A DNA stretch of 51,991 nt, taken from NCBI RefSeq assembly GCF_006345805.1, contig NW_021831960.1, forward strand, positions 1-51,991, given 5' to 3'. Below the pieces are notes generated by a model. It had not been told where the DNA came from. It did not search any database and worked only from the letters and a program-made list of their open reading frames with translations. The translations under genes and the position numbers were made by a program. This DNA is from Octopus sinensis. Taxonomy: Eukaryota. This document shows, one piece after another, positions 1 through 13,512 of this stretch. How positions within the stretch are numbered: position 1 is the first letter of the stretch; each line of letters begins with the position of its first letter.

Positions 1-20
1 TCAGTACACATAATATTGTT

Positions 21-580
21 TTTTCTACTTTAGATACAAGGTCCGAAAATTTGGGGGGGGAGGCCAGTCGATTAGATCGACCCCTAGTACGCAACTGGTA
101 CTTAATTTATCGACCCCGAAAGGATGAAAAGCAAAGTCGACCTCGGCTGAATTTGAACTCAGAATGTAAAGACAGAAAAAATACCTATTCCTTTACTACC
201 CACAAGGGGCTAACACACAGAGAGACAAACAAGGACAGACAAACGGATTAAGTCGATTATATCAACCTCCAGTGAGTAACTGTACTTAAGTTATCAACCC
301 CGAAAAGATGCAAGGCAGATGAAATACCTATAGGCATTTCGCCCGGCGTGCTAAAGTTCTTATTTTCTTTATTTCCACAAGGGCTAAACATAGAGGGGAC
401 AAACACAAGGACAGACAAAGAGATTAAGTCGATTACATCGACCCCAGTGCGTAACTGGTACTTAATTTATCGACCTCGAAAGGATGCAAAGCAAAGTCGA
501 CCTCGGCGGAATTTGAACTCAGAACGTAAAGACAAACGAAATCCCGCTAAGCATTTTGCCCGGTGTGCTAACGCCACCTT
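21..580 (-). mobile_element. Multimeric tRNA-derived SINE, family A
   Basis: Reverse complement of the recurring module GTTCTGAGTTCAAATTCCGCCGAGGTCGACTTTGCCTTTCATCCTTTCGGGGTCGATAAATTAAGTACCAGTT, present about three times with two tail types. Confidence 0.85.
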
Positions 581-906
581 TCTTTACACATAATATTTGT
601 ATTAAACACAAGATGTAGAGTAAATAAGAAAAACAGATAAACAGCACTAATTAGCAAGACTTTTAATAAGTTGGTTAAATAATTATTTATTAATATATTA
701 GTTATTGACCGCTCATGCTTTTGCGAGATTGATAAGCTCTCGTTTCAATTCTATTGTGATTGGATATGATGCTGAGGTTTTCTAGTATGTTTAGCCGTAC
801 TTATTCGTATAGTGTGTCTCTCCTCCATCGTAACTTTTTCTGCTAACAACCAAAAAGCTCCGCTTTCTTTCTTTAACCGAGTTTTTCGCGGACGTTCAGG
901 TATCCA

Positions 907-1093
907 AATAGATGAGAGAGAGGGAGACAACAGACAGACAGACAGACAGAGACAGACAGACGACAGACAGACAGACAGACAGATAGATAGATAGATGATA
1001 GATAGAAGATAGATAGATATATAATAGATAGATAGATAGATAATAGATAGACATACAGATAGATAGATATATATATAGATGATAGATAGATAT

Positions 1094-1152
<59 letters not shown>

Positions 1153-1190
1153 GTAGTAGGTGATAGATAGATAGATAGATAGATAATAGC

Positions 1191-1221
<31 letters not shown>

Positions 1222-1250
1222 CATACAGATAGATAGATAGAAGATAGATA
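907..1250. repeat. (GACA)n/(GATA)n microsatellite
   Basis: Tandem tetranucleotide array seen directly. Confidence 0.97.
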
Positions 1251-1599
1251 ACTTTTTATTTGTAGCCCACAGGGCTAAACACAGAATAAAAATGGACGAA
1301 ATACAATGTAGAATTTTTCTTTTCGAGGTGGGATGGGTGGGGCAAAAAAAAAAAAAAAAAACACGTTTGATCAATAGGGATCTGTGGGTTTGTGGTGTAT
1401 AAAAAGCAATATATATATATATAAGGTTCACAGTTTAGGTGTAGTCTTGGAAAGAAAAACCTACAAAAAAGAACCAAGGTCACTTCAGAACAATTCGAAA
1501 AGAACACATGAGTAAGTCGCCTTACTTCTCGTTGTCTCTTTTGGTTACAGATTTATGCTTAAAATAGTGTCGTCTTTATACTGATCATTTTTTGCACTT

Positions 1600-4500
1600 T
1601 TACCCACTTTTTATTAAACACATTCGTTTCGACAAAGCCTTCCTCTCTATTCTCATCCTCCTCCTTTTCAGTGGTACTTGAAAAGTTGACGAGAGACTGA
1701 CCAGAGAGGAGGTGTTTGTTTGCATCCTTTCAAACGCGTCCACCACACACATTCTTTCGCCCATAGCCATCAGCGTAACGAAAACCGTTTTCCCTTCCCG
1801 TTTAAAGGAAGGTGGTGGAACAATATTCACGATAGACTCGGCCGATAGGCGAGCCTGACCTACACGTGACAACAGCTGTTCGACGAAGACCACAGCTCCT
1901 GAAATATCTGGACACTGCACGAGTGCGTGCAGAACGTTTCGTCGCTCTGACCGCATCTCGGGCAGGTCGGTCCGGTGATGGTTTTCGAACCGTGTCTGTA
2001 GCTCTTCTCTCGAACAGGTAGTGCGTCTCGATAGCACTGCCAAGCCAAGGATTTCTGGAAGTTATCCATAGGCCCCGGCCCGAACGTCGTTCTGAACAGG
2101 CGGGTTAGGAATTCCTCGTCGACGCCCAGTTTGCCCCGAGTGTGTCGTCGGACCTCCCCCTCCACTAGTCCTCTATAGAACGCTTTAGTCTTTTGTAATT
2201 GCACAAGTTTGACCCCGGTCGGCAGAGCTGCTGTAGAGCTTGGCGACACTCTCGGTGCCAATCGCCCAGTTTCGTCTCTTTTTGATCCATGTTTGCAGTT
2301 CGGTCAGTGAGACGAGCTGCGGGAAGTCGCGCCTCACAAACGGCGCCCACACCGTTTCACCGTCGTCGATGAATTTCCGAGATGTCGCAGTCTCAACGCA
2401 TGCCTGCGCATCATCAACCTCGGCGTGCCCAGTCCTCCATTCAACGGATGTTGACAGCAAATGACTTCCTCACCATCGGAACGCCACCCTTCCACAGGAA
2501 GCGGAGAGTATGCGTTCCAGTTTGGTGATGGTGGCGTCGGGACAAGGTACGACGGTCAGGCGGTAATCGATGACGGATGCGATGTACGCGTTCGCCACCA
2601 CCTCCGCCCGGCCTTTTAGAGACAGCTTTCTCTCGGCCCATGTTTGGCTGAGAGCGACCACTCTACTCGTGATCTCGTCCCAGTTCTTATCCATTTGGAG
2701 GTCCGGACTGAACCAGACCCCGAGCAATTTAACCGGTCCGTCCGTCCAGCGTCCCACTACTGAGCCGCAGTCGGACGGCATGGGCTTGCTTCTCCAGGTG
2801 CCGAGTAGCAACCCACTGACTTTTCCGAGTTAATCTTTGCTCCCGTCACCGTTTCATTTTTCTTAGTGTCTCGCCGACCAGCTCGATGTGCTGGTAGCTC
2901 GACACTATGACGGTGACATCGTCCGCATATGCCGACACTATCGTCCCGCAACCCAGTTCCCGTGGGATGCCCCTCAGTGTCGCCAGCTTCCGCAGTAGCG
3001 GCTCGAGAGTCAATACATGCAGAAGCGCCGACAGGGGACACCCCTGACGGACCGAACGCGTGATGTCAAACGGTTTCGACAGGTGACCGTTCACCCGAAT
3101 CACCGATCGGATGCCGCTATGCAAGGCAGCGATCCAACCGCGGAAGACGGACCGAAGCCAGCCGCCTTGAGGACGGCCGCCAAGTACCGATGGTCGACCC
3201 TATCGAAGGCTTTAGACTGATCCAAATTTATCAGCGCCCCACCCATGCCAGGATCCTTAACTACCTTGTCCACAATGTAGCGCATCAGATGGAGGTTGTC
3301 ATGTATTGCTCTGCCCGCACGGCGCATGTTTGCGCCCTGTCGACCAGTTTACCAATGACAAGCGCCAACCTCTCGGCTATTACTTTGGCCAAAATTTTCA
3401 AATCTGCGTTGAGCAGAGTGATGGGCCTGAAATTATCTATAAAATTCCCCTTGTTTGAGTCTTTCTCTCAGCAACGTCACTGCACCTCGGCTCACGAAAC
3501 CGGGGATTCTCCCGTTTTGTTGCCAGTTGCAGTAAACTGATGCCAAGAGGTCGCCAAACAAGTCTGGCATTCGACAATACAGGCGACTTATCCCTCGCGC
3601 AGCCCGCCATCGCATCCCACACGTCAGCGGCTGTGATGGGACTTTCACAACACTCCGCTTCTCCTGCCGAGAGCCGCGGCAGGTCGGTCAGGTAGGCACT
3701 GAAATCCATCCCTCGTTCCGACCCACCACTCGCACCAAACAGTCGAGCAAAGTGCTGTTGAAAGGCCTCACACATCCTTTCGGGTTCGAGTAACTGCATC
3801 CCTGTTGATCTATTAGAGACCGAATGGTTGATCTGTTGCCACGCTGCGCCTCCGCTACCCGGGCCTCTCGCGCAGCTTCAATCCCTTCGTTCCTTAAGGC
3901 ACGCATTTTAGCTCTGACGACGCAACCTTCGTGCTTGGCGTTGAGGTTTGTCGAGGGCCATCTCGCAGCTAGCACGTTGGTTGCGCTGCCAGTGGTAAGT
4001 GCCTCTTCTAGTTTCTTAACTAAGTCTCCCTCTACTATTCTATTTCGTTCTATCGCTAATTCCTTGCTAAACCTAATTGATTCCGATTTATTGCCATTTT
4101 CAGGGCGTACCACCAGCGGTTGTTAACGACCGCTCCCGTCAGCGCCCTCTTAATTAACTCGCTAATCCGGTTCCTGTAAACCTGTCGCGCTAACAGCGAC
4201 GTGTTCAGTTTCCAGTAACCGGGACCCTGCCTATGTGTTTTATCTAAGTCGAGCGTACACGTAACAAATTTGTGATCTGTGTAGCTGACTATTTTAAATT
4301 GTGGACATCCTACACTATCCCTATCCGCTGTCCTGCATAGATTCTATCTAGATAAGATCTCGACGATCCGACGCGGTTTGTCCAAGTCCACGTTGGCACG
4401 TTCGGATGGTCGAGTCGGAACCTGTCAGACAAATGGAAACGTCTGAGCAGTCTTTGAGGCTCTTACACCCCCTTCTATTCCTATCCCTTCCCACATAATC

Positions 4501-4957
4501 TAGATGCGTGTCCAAGGTAGCGTTCCAATCCCTACTACAGTAAAGGTCTAGACGTACTCAGGAAAACCTCTAGACGTCTGAAGAAATCCGCCCGACCCGT
4601 TAAGGACGGTGCATAAACTGCCATCAGACGGAATGCACACCCATTTCTGCCATCCACGTCCAAGACAACCAGCCTACCCTCCGGGTCTAGGAATATTGCT
4701 CTTACTTTTACCTTTAGACTCTTTCGAAAAAGCACCGCAGTACCTCCACCCACCCATGTTCGGCAGACAGGAGAAAAATAAATGTCAAATTGATTGCCAA
4801 ACATGGACTCGAGGGCCCGCGGCTACTGAGTCTGGTTTCACTAGATAGCTACTATATCCACGTCCAGTGACTTGATGTCGTTTAGAAGGTAACCTTGCTT
4901 CCAAGCCGACGCCAAGCCACGCGCATTCACACAACCTAATTTAAGCATACTTGACAT
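1600..4957 (-). pseudogene. LINE ORF2 (apurinic endonuclease + reverse transcriptase + zinc finger), split by frameshifts
   Basis: N-terminus MSSMLKLGCVNARGL...DIVAI-ET. APE motifs GGGTAVLFRK, DPEGRLVVLD, AVYAP. RT motifs INLDQSKAFDRVDH (3100-3327), SVRQGCPLS (2846-3124) and YADD. C-terminal CPRCGQSDET..H...C (1860-2261). Confidence 0.92.
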
Positions 4958-5039
4958 TTACGAAAATTGTGTTTTTACACACTATATTAGAAGAGACAAG
5001 AGGCAAGAAGTGAGGTCACTTACTCATTTAAAAGTTTCA

Positions 5040-6790
5040 TTTTTTTCTTCTTCTTCTTTGTATCGTTTTTGATGAGGTGTTTGTATAGTTTTTTTCGACA
5101 GGTATCGTTGATACCCGCCTACCGCATTCGGATAATGTTTTCAGTATGTGGTGTTGTGCTTGTGTTATGTGTAAAATTCTGATGTGTTTCGGTGGTGTGG
5201 TGTGCGGATGATTGTTTGTCTTAAAATCATCTTCACAGACGACCATGTTAGATTTGATGTAGTCCATTAATTCTTTATTGTCTGTGTCTATTGCAGTTAG
5301 TTGTGTGTGTGGTTTTCGGGTTCATTACTTTTTTGATTGTCTAGGGGAATGTTGTCCTGAGTGAGATATCCCTCCCTGCTTTAATTCCTTGTTTGGTGGA
5401 TTTTTTGATCTTTTTCTTTTACCCCCTGTGGATATTTGCCATTCCGTCGAACTTTCGTCGTCCGAGGTATCAGTATGGGGTAGAGGAAAAAGAACAGGAT
5501 CACTATGTATGCTTGTATAAATTGTTGATGTTTTGTGCGCGGTGTTTGTGTTGTTGTGGTGTTAGGGGTAGCATTTGTCTTCTCGTCAGTGTTTTCTGTC
5601 TTTTTAATTGTCGTCCTGGGTGTGGTGTGGGTCGATTTTTTGAAGATTCAACAAGTTTAATTGGTTGTGACGTCAACGGTGATTGTGTTGGTACTGTTTT
5701 TCTTGGTGATGTTGTTGGGGTTTGTTTGCTGGTTTGTTGTTTTTCTTGGCGTTGTTCCATAATTGAGTGTGTTGGTGTTGGTGTTGGCAACAACGGGATT
5801 TATTTGTTTTTTCTGAATTGTTCTTTCTTGTTTTTTCTGTACCAGATCGCACTTGGCAATCAAATGTTCGGGGCTGCCACATTTGTAGCATCTAGGCTTT
5901 TTGCCTTCTGCCATAACATATAGCATTGCCCATCTCCAAGTATATCTTGTCGGGTAGGCTCTCGATAGAGGCCCCCTCAATCTGGATGGTCACAACTACT
6001 GTTTTTTCCACCCCAATTGTCGTTTAGGTACACGGCTGTTTCTAGAATATGATCTTTTTCAAGTGGTAACAGATTGCCCCTGTTATCATTTGTTCGGCAT
6101 ATCGGGGGGTACATTTCTGATAGTAATTCTACTCACCCTCTGGTTTTTATAATAAGGGACCATGATGATTTCATCATTCCCAGAGACTCAGTAGAGTGAG
6201 CGTTTGCCACTTCCTGGTTAGGGAAGCGGACCACTACTGTGTTAAACTGGGGACCCCAGTTTATATACTCTTTTCTTTCATTATGTTTTTTAAACATTTC
6301 TCCACATCAGTTTTTGTAATCTGTTCATTTGGTTTTTTTGTTTTTTCTAATAATTTTATATACAATTGTCTTATTTTCTATTTCTTGTTTTATATGTTGA
6401 GGTGTATGCAGGACTAAATCTTGTCCACGGGTTGTAAAGAGAGCTCTTGTTTCTTTGAGCTCTTCATTTGTGAATGTAACAATCTCCTTTTTCTGGCGAA
6501 GAATATCTGCGAAATTTACTGTTGTTGACTTTTTTGTATTAGCATCTTCACTATTAGATGTTATTTTTATTTGTTGTTCTTGTTGTTGCTGTTGTTTTTG
6601 TCAATAGTTTTCGTTTCAGTTTTATTTTTATATCATTTATGTTGGTCGTGGTAGTGGTGGTGTGGTGGTGTGGTGGTGGAGGTGGTGGTGGTAGCAGTTG
6701 TTGTCTCGTGGTTGCTGTTTTAGTGGTGGTGGGTGGCGGTGGTGACAGGGCTGTTAACGCACGTGGTTGCAGCGTTCCTTTCACCGAATT
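5040..6790 (-). pseudogene. LINE ORF1 (gag-like nucleic-acid-binding protein), frameshifted; boundaries approximate
   Basis: CCHC zinc knuckle RCYKCGSPEHLIAKC (ORF 5657-5980). Upstream segments KTIVYK...EKC...SRITIRNVPPD read across frames. Lies 5' of ORF2 on the same strand. Confidence 0.75.
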
Positions 6791-7102
6791 TCACGTTTGC
6801 ATTTTCCGTGCGAACGTTCTTTTTTTTTCTCTGTCGTTTCCAGACTAGGAAAATGTTTTTCCAAAAAAGAACGCGACCAGCGTTCAACAATAAAATTTCT
6901 AGACTTTTCTAATGTCGAGAAGAAAATAACAGAAATGAAATGGGGTCGAAACTGCCCCTAGGGGCGAATTCCTCCCTTGGAAAAGCACTCAAATGAAAGT
7001 TGGTTGCCTTACACACTTATTTGCAAAATCTACACAAAAATTGGCCTATAAATAGTCAAAATAAATGATTACCTTCGGAGCTGAAACGACATCACATCCG
7101 TC

Positions 7103-7498
<396 letters not shown>

Positions 7499-8178
7499 AT
7501 GTTTCTTTATTAGCCACACAGGCTGCACACAGATAGAACAAATTACAAGGTAGAGCTTTTTTTTGAAGGTTTAAAAAAAAAAAAAAAAAAGGAAGGGGGT
7601 TTTTCGATCAAAAAGGGATCGTAAAAGGAGAGAAAGAGGACAAAAAGGGGGTTAAAAAAAAAAAAAAGGGGAGAGGGAAAAAAATTGATCAATAGGGATC
7701 GTTATCACAGAAATGTCAATATGAAGTGTAAGGGGAGGACAGGTGAGGTTTACCCGTGGAAAGAAAAGCCTACGGAAAGACCACGGTAACCTCGGTCAAT
7801 GAAGTCACATTTTTATATTTCTTTTTTTTTTTTTTTTTTTTTCAAATAAGCAACTCTCTGTTTTCGATTTCTGGGTTCATAGGACTATGCTCAAGGTGGC
7901 TTCGTCATTCATACGTGCCATTCTTGCTACATTCACCCATCTTTTTTAAAACATTCGCTAGACAAACTTGCCTCTCTACTCTCACTTTCCTTTCAAGTGA
8001 CTTGAAGAAGTTGATGAGAGATTGACCAGAGAGGAAAGTGTTTGTCTCCAATCCTTTCAGACGCGTCCACCAGATACATTCTTTCGCCATAGCCACAAGG
8101 ATGATGAAAATAGCTCTTCCTTCCCGTTTGAAGGGAAGGATGCGTGACAATATTGACGATAGACTCAGCTGATAAACC
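7499..8178 (-). mobile_element. 5'-truncated Tx1-clade LINE, different subfamily from 1251-7102
   Basis: Translation PFKREGRAIFIILVAMAKECIWWTRLKGLETNTFLSG matches PSFKREGKTVFVTLMAM.. at ~1700-1850. Ends ...GTGGCTAATAAAGAAACAT. (GATA)n on both sides. Confidence 0.88.
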
Positions 8179-8218
<40 letters not shown>

Positions 8219-8291
8219 GCAAAGAATATCCGTCGAATTTAAATAATGTATATAATTCCTCATCTCTTAAATACAGAACTGTAGGACTGAT

Positions 8292-8322
<31 letters not shown>

Positions 8323-8470
8323 AGGCAGAATCGTTAGCATGCCGGGCATAATGCCTGGCGGCATTTCGTTCGCCCTTACGTTCGGAGTTCAAATTCCACC
8401 GAGGTCGACTTTGCCTTTCATCCTTCCAGAGTCGATAAACCAAGTACCAGTTTGAGTCCTGGGATCGATG
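8323..8470 (+). mobile_element. SINE family A, partial
   Basis: GGCAGAATCGTTAGCATGCCGGG head, B-box-like GAGTTCAAATTCC, central GCCTTTCATCCTTCCAGAGTCGATAAA. Confidence 0.8.
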
Positions 8471-9022
8471 TGCTAAAATTTGAAATCATTATTATTATCA
8501 TCGTTGTTGTTGTTGTTGTTGTTATCTGTTGCTGCCGTTGATGGCGTTTTTGATATTGTTTGCTGTAATCTAACTTGTTTAACGTCTTCCAGATAGAGAT
8601 TACGGACGGGTAGAAGTTACGATATATTAAGCTATATGTGATTACCTATTTTTTTATCTGATAAGCCGTAACTTAGCGCAAGCACGCACACACACACACA
8701 CGCACAAACACATAGACGCATACGCACTCACACATACACATACATATGCACAAAGTTAAAGATAAAGATGCCTGTACACCTAAATATGTGAGTAAGAGAG
8801 GGATTGGACGAGAATATATTTCTGTGTATGTCTACAGATTAGCGGGTGCAGATGGGTGCGGCAGAAAAGATCGACAAAGATGTCAACTTCATGATAAACA
8901 CACACGCACACACACACACACACACGTATATGTGTGTGTGTGTGTGCATGCTTTTGTGTGTTTCTACACACGTGAGTACTTATATATTGCACTCACACAC
9001 AGACACACAAACATATACACAC

Positions 9023-9071
<49 letters not shown>

Positions 9072-9259
9072 GTGTGTGTGTGTGTATGTTTGTGTGTGTG
9101 CGTGCGTGTGTATGTCTGAATGTATGTTTTATATACGTAGAAGACCCGAAAAGATTAGAAAACGACAGATTTAAAAGATACAAGGGTAAAAGCTTCTTAA
9201 TCACACACACACACACACACAGGTACATACGCAGCACATGCATACGTGTGTGCACATAG

Positions 9260-9319
<60 letters not shown>

Positions 9320-9839
9320 TGTGTTGTGTGTGTGTACAGGTATGCATGCGTATGTGTGCGTGCGTGTGTGTTAAATCTAAAGTGGAACGTGGTGAAAATG
9401 ATATCCTTCCGGACAAAATAAGCTTGATTTTGAGTTTAAGATAAGTTACAGAAGAAAACATCAGTTGGAAGTGACAGGCACACATACACATATACACAGA
9501 AGCAAACATGTGTGTGTGTGTAAGTCAGTAAAGTTTGTATCCAAGAGTGAAAATAACTCTTGGATACAAAAATAAAAACGAAGATTTGTCGTAGTACACA
9601 AGCCCATATCTCTTCTAGCTATGAGAGTTCTACCATTTTACCGTAGCAATGCTTCCAAATTTTCTGTCCATTTTGTAAATATTTTTCTTATAAAATTCTT
9701 ATGCTACGTCATAAGAATTTTATAAACTTTAGAGAGAACATGAAACAATTCTAGTTTTGAATAGAGGATCTCGAAGCAAAAAAATAAAGCTATAAATAAA
9801 GAGCATGTGAATTTGATGTCAAACAACATATTTTTTAAT

Positions 9840-10110
9840 TCTTTTACATGTTGCAGTCATTTGACTCTGGCCATGCTGGATCACCGCTTTAAAGGCCTTT
9901 TTAGTCGAGGAAATCGCTCCCGAGGATTAATTATTTTTCTGACTAGTTCTTATTCAATCGTACCCTCTTTTGCTGAACCGCTAAGTTAGAAGGACGCAAA
10001 CACACCAACACACGTTGTCAAGCGATGGTGAGGGAAGAAAACCAGACACACAGACACACACACACGTACACACACACACACACACACACACACAAATTAT
10101 ACGACGGGTT
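9840..10110 (-). mobile_element. SINE family B, partial (3' half with internal CA repeat)
   Basis: CAGTCATTTGACT..GGCCATGCTGGA..ACCGC and GAACCGCTAAGTTA..AAACACACCA, matching the other B copies. Confidence 0.75.
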
Positions 10111-10712
10111 GTCCTAGCAGGAATTATTTTGTAACATGTGTATTATGTAATTCGTACGAACGATCTCTTCAGGGACTCTGGTTTTTCGTTTTTTTTTTTT
10201 TGTTTTTGTCTTTTTAATTGCTTAATTATTTAATTATTCATTTTTCTAATATGAACTACAAAATTCCTTTTTGCTTTTCTACATGTTAAACATTCGAAAA
10301 TATCTGGAAAAACAGTATGAGAAATGAAATTGAGTTGCGAATCTAATGACAATCACAGTGTCGAGAGCAAAGCAGAAAAGCATAACCGCCGACATTTATC
10401 ATTAACCAATCAAAAGTGAGTATCTTATTCACTAAGTCATGTGACTTCTCAATAATCGACTGGCACCTTTCCTAAAACAATAACTTAGTAAAGTGAATCG
10501 CTATTTTCTTTTATATCTTAATAGTTTCAATCGGTTATTGGACTGTGGCCATGCTGGGGCCCTGTACTGGAAGGTTAAGCCGAACAAAATCGATCCCAGT
10601 ATATTATTCAAGTTTGGAACTTATGCTATCGATGACCTTTTGCCGAACTGCTAATAAATGGCAATGTAAACAAAGTAGTGTTAGGGTACAAGCACAAATA
10701 TATGTGTGTGTG

Positions 10713-10755
<43 letters not shown>

Positions 10756-10789
10756 CTATGCGTGTGTGAGCATGTGTGTGTGTGTGTTT

Positions 10790-11243
10790 GCCCGCACCAC
10801 CGTTTGACAACCGGTGATGGTTGGTTTATGGCCCTGTAACTTGGCAGTTCAGATAAGGCGGCGAGCTGGCAGAAACGTTAACACGCCGGGCGAAATGCTT
10901 AGCGGTATTTCGTCTGCCGTTACGTTCTGAGTTCAAATTCCGCCGAGGTCGACTTTGCCTTTCATCCTTTCGGGGTCGATAAATTACATCGACTCCAGTT
11001 GCACACTGGGGTTGATGTAATTGACTTACTCTCTTTGTCTGTCCTTGTTTGTCCCCTCTATGTTTAGCTCCTTGTGGGCATTAAAGAAATAAGAAACTTA
11101 GCGGTTCAGAATTATGGGGTCGATAGAATAAGTACCAGGCTTTTAAATAAAATAAGTATCGAGTTCGATTCATTCGATTGAAAAATTTTTCACGGTGGTG
11201 CCCCAGCATGGCCGCAATCTGATGGCTGAAACAAGTAAAAGAA
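10790..11243 (+). mobile_element. SINE family B 3' part interrupted by a complete family A SINE (10857-11095)
   Basis: B sequence TTGACAACCGGTGATGG... resumes as GATAGAATAAGTACCAGGC...CCCCAGCATGGCCGC after a full A copy starting GGCGGCGAGCTGGCAGAAACG. Imperfect direct repeat AACTTRGCRGTTCAGA flanks the insert. Confidence 0.85.
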
Positions 11244-11789
11244 AGTACTGTCTCTGTACCACTACGATCTTCTCCATTTGTAGGAACCCTGTATTTCTAT
11301 TTTGTACTGCTCAAACTACATCGAGGAGAGAGAAAAAGCTCAAGATTTTGTTTAGAGTTTGTTAATGAAATCATTTTCCGCAAAATTAAATAAAATCTAT
11401 TAGAACTATTCAGAACTTGATCTTCACAGGAAGGCATTCATTTTGTTCTATTGTTCACTAGGACAATATTTGTTCTACTTAGCTCACAGTGGGTTTATGT
11501 TCTTTTGGAATTTTCGTAGAAATTTCGTAGAATTTTCTATGGGTATTCTTTGCTTCTCAACATGTGAATTGATTGTGTATCAATGTTTCCCTTGGTTTTT
11601 CCCTACAGACAACATTGGACGATGTGTTTTTGTCACAATAATATTTTGTAAAGAGACACTTCATTGAATAGAATTCGCTTGCAGACATTTTGGAATAGCG
11701 GATGATAATGATTTGGATATTGTATTATATATTCTGTACAATAAAGCAGTCAATATATATTTTTTTTACTACATGGTAAAAGCAAATGG

Positions 11790-11925
11790 ATCTCCGTCGG
11801 TTTTGACGAGGTGCATTCAATCGTTGAATGAAATGAACGATCGAATTAGTTTGTAAGTGACTGAATATTCCACAGAAACAGATACTTTTAATGAAATTGT
11901 TAGGCAGAGTTAGCATGACACATTG
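11790..11925 (-). mobile_element. Old SINE family C/D tail fragment
   Basis: CTCCGTCGGTTTTGACGAG...GAATATTCCACAGA...CATGACAC is the degenerate reverse complement of the tail at 46340-46482. Confidence 0.6.
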
Positions 11926-12042
11926 TGTGGTAAAGTGTGCGTGTTGGGTTTTACGTATTGCTTTGCCCGCACGCGCGCGTGTGTGGTTGTATGTGTTGGT
12001 TCAAGCGCGCGCGCGTCTGTGTATGTTTGTGCGTGTGTGTGC

Positions 12043-12086
<44 letters not shown>

Positions 12087-12730
12087 TCAACAGGCCCTCG
12101 CGCAAGTTCCGTCTACTAACCCCACCTCGCAAGACGTTGGTCAACCCGAAACTATAGCAGAAGACACTCGTCTAATGTCAAGCTCACGTATTGAAGAGTC
12201 AGAACTGGGACAACTTGGCTTCTTAATCCGTCAACAATGTTTCACCCAATTTAGGTTAACTTTCCCACCATCGCGATATCGAAGTACAACTAACCCAGGG
12301 CCATAATTTCATATAACGCCATCATTGAATGTCACGAAGTGAAATCTATTTATCTAAGCAGAGGAAATCTTTGAAGACAGCACCGAAATGGTGTATTATA
12401 TTTTAGAGTTATTCAATGCGATAGGAAGTGTAACTGATTCCAACGTCTAAATCAGATTTGTCTAAAATTCTTGTTTCAGTACGTGCAGATGTCATATTTT
12501 GTAGGTTTTCAATATCCGGGTTAGGATTCCGGTGTAGAATCACTGTCAATCAATGTCCAGACATTACAAGAACGAAATGTCGGATGTTCTATGATTTTGG
12601 TTTCGGATTCTCAATGAACGATCAAGAATAAAATAGATTTCTATGAAGCTTTGATTTCTTTTTATTATTTGTATTTCCAGCATTCGTAACGATTTGGGAA
12701 TCCGAAATATTTGCGCAGGATACAATCGCA

Positions 12731-12778
<48 letters not shown>

Positions 12779-12844
12779 CACACATACACACATACATACA
12801 CACACACATCATATTACACACACATAAATCGATAAATGTATGTA

Positions 12845-12894
<50 letters not shown>

Positions 12895-12924
12895 CATTTC
12901 TAAACCATATATGTATGCATATAT

Positions 12925-13350
12925 ATCTTTCATCTTTTACTTGTTTCAGTCATTTGACTGCGGCCATGATGGGGCACCGCCTTTCAAACGCTAGTATTTA
13001 TTCTATCGATCTCCTGGCCGAACCGCTAGGTTACAAGATGTAAACACACCAAACCGATTGTCAAGCAGTGTGTTGAAGGACAAACACGAACACAGAGACA
13101 CACACACATTGATGTATCCATACATACAATACATACAGAAATGCATACACATATATATACGCATATATATATGTATATATATATATGTATATGTATATAT
13201 ATATATGTATGTATGTAAGTAAGTATGTATGTATGTATGTGTGTATGTATGCATGTATGCACGATGGACCTCTTTCAGCTTCTGTCTACCAAATCCACTC
13301 ACAAGGTTGTGATTGAGAAGCAGCCTTGTAACTACAGAGCCGCACTTGCG

Positions 13351-13395
<45 letters not shown>

Positions 13396-13465
13396 TCTTT
13401 TACTTGTTTCAGTCATTTGACTGCAGCCATGCTGGAGCACCGCCTTTAGTCGAGCAAACTGTATG

Positions 13466-13512
<47 letters not shown>

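Larger units (their letters stand above)
1251..7102 (-). mobile_element. Apparently full-length Tx1/L1-clade non-LTR retrotransposon (ORF1 + APE-RT ORF2), frameshifted
   Basis: Minus strand gives 5'UTR, ORF1 with CCHC knuckle, then ORF2 with APE, RT and C-terminal Cys motif, then a 3'UTR ending ...GGGCTACAAATAAAAAG. Both ends abut (GATA)n arrays. Confidence 0.9.

Noticed and set aside
21-580. CRISPR-like repeat-spacer array
   Set aside because: The repeats are SINE modules with homologous rather than unique spacers; eukaryotic context and no cas genes.
51-593. Recurring short ORFs NWYLIYRPRKD..QSRPRRNLNSE that look like a gene family
   Set aside because: Antisense translation of SINE A.
751-1431. 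226-aa ORF and similar YLSI-repeat ORFs (7069-7541, 22375-22726, 35750-36220, 37963-38954)
   Set aside because: Stop-free translations of (TATC)n microsatellites.
5393-5923. 176-aa plus-strand ORF, and plus ORFs within 2240-4848
   Set aside because: Antisense shadows of the LINE ORFs.
8746-9509. CV/HT/YI-rich ORFs here and throughout the window
   Set aside because: Translations of (TG)n, (CA)n, (TA)n and (TATG)n, not proteins.
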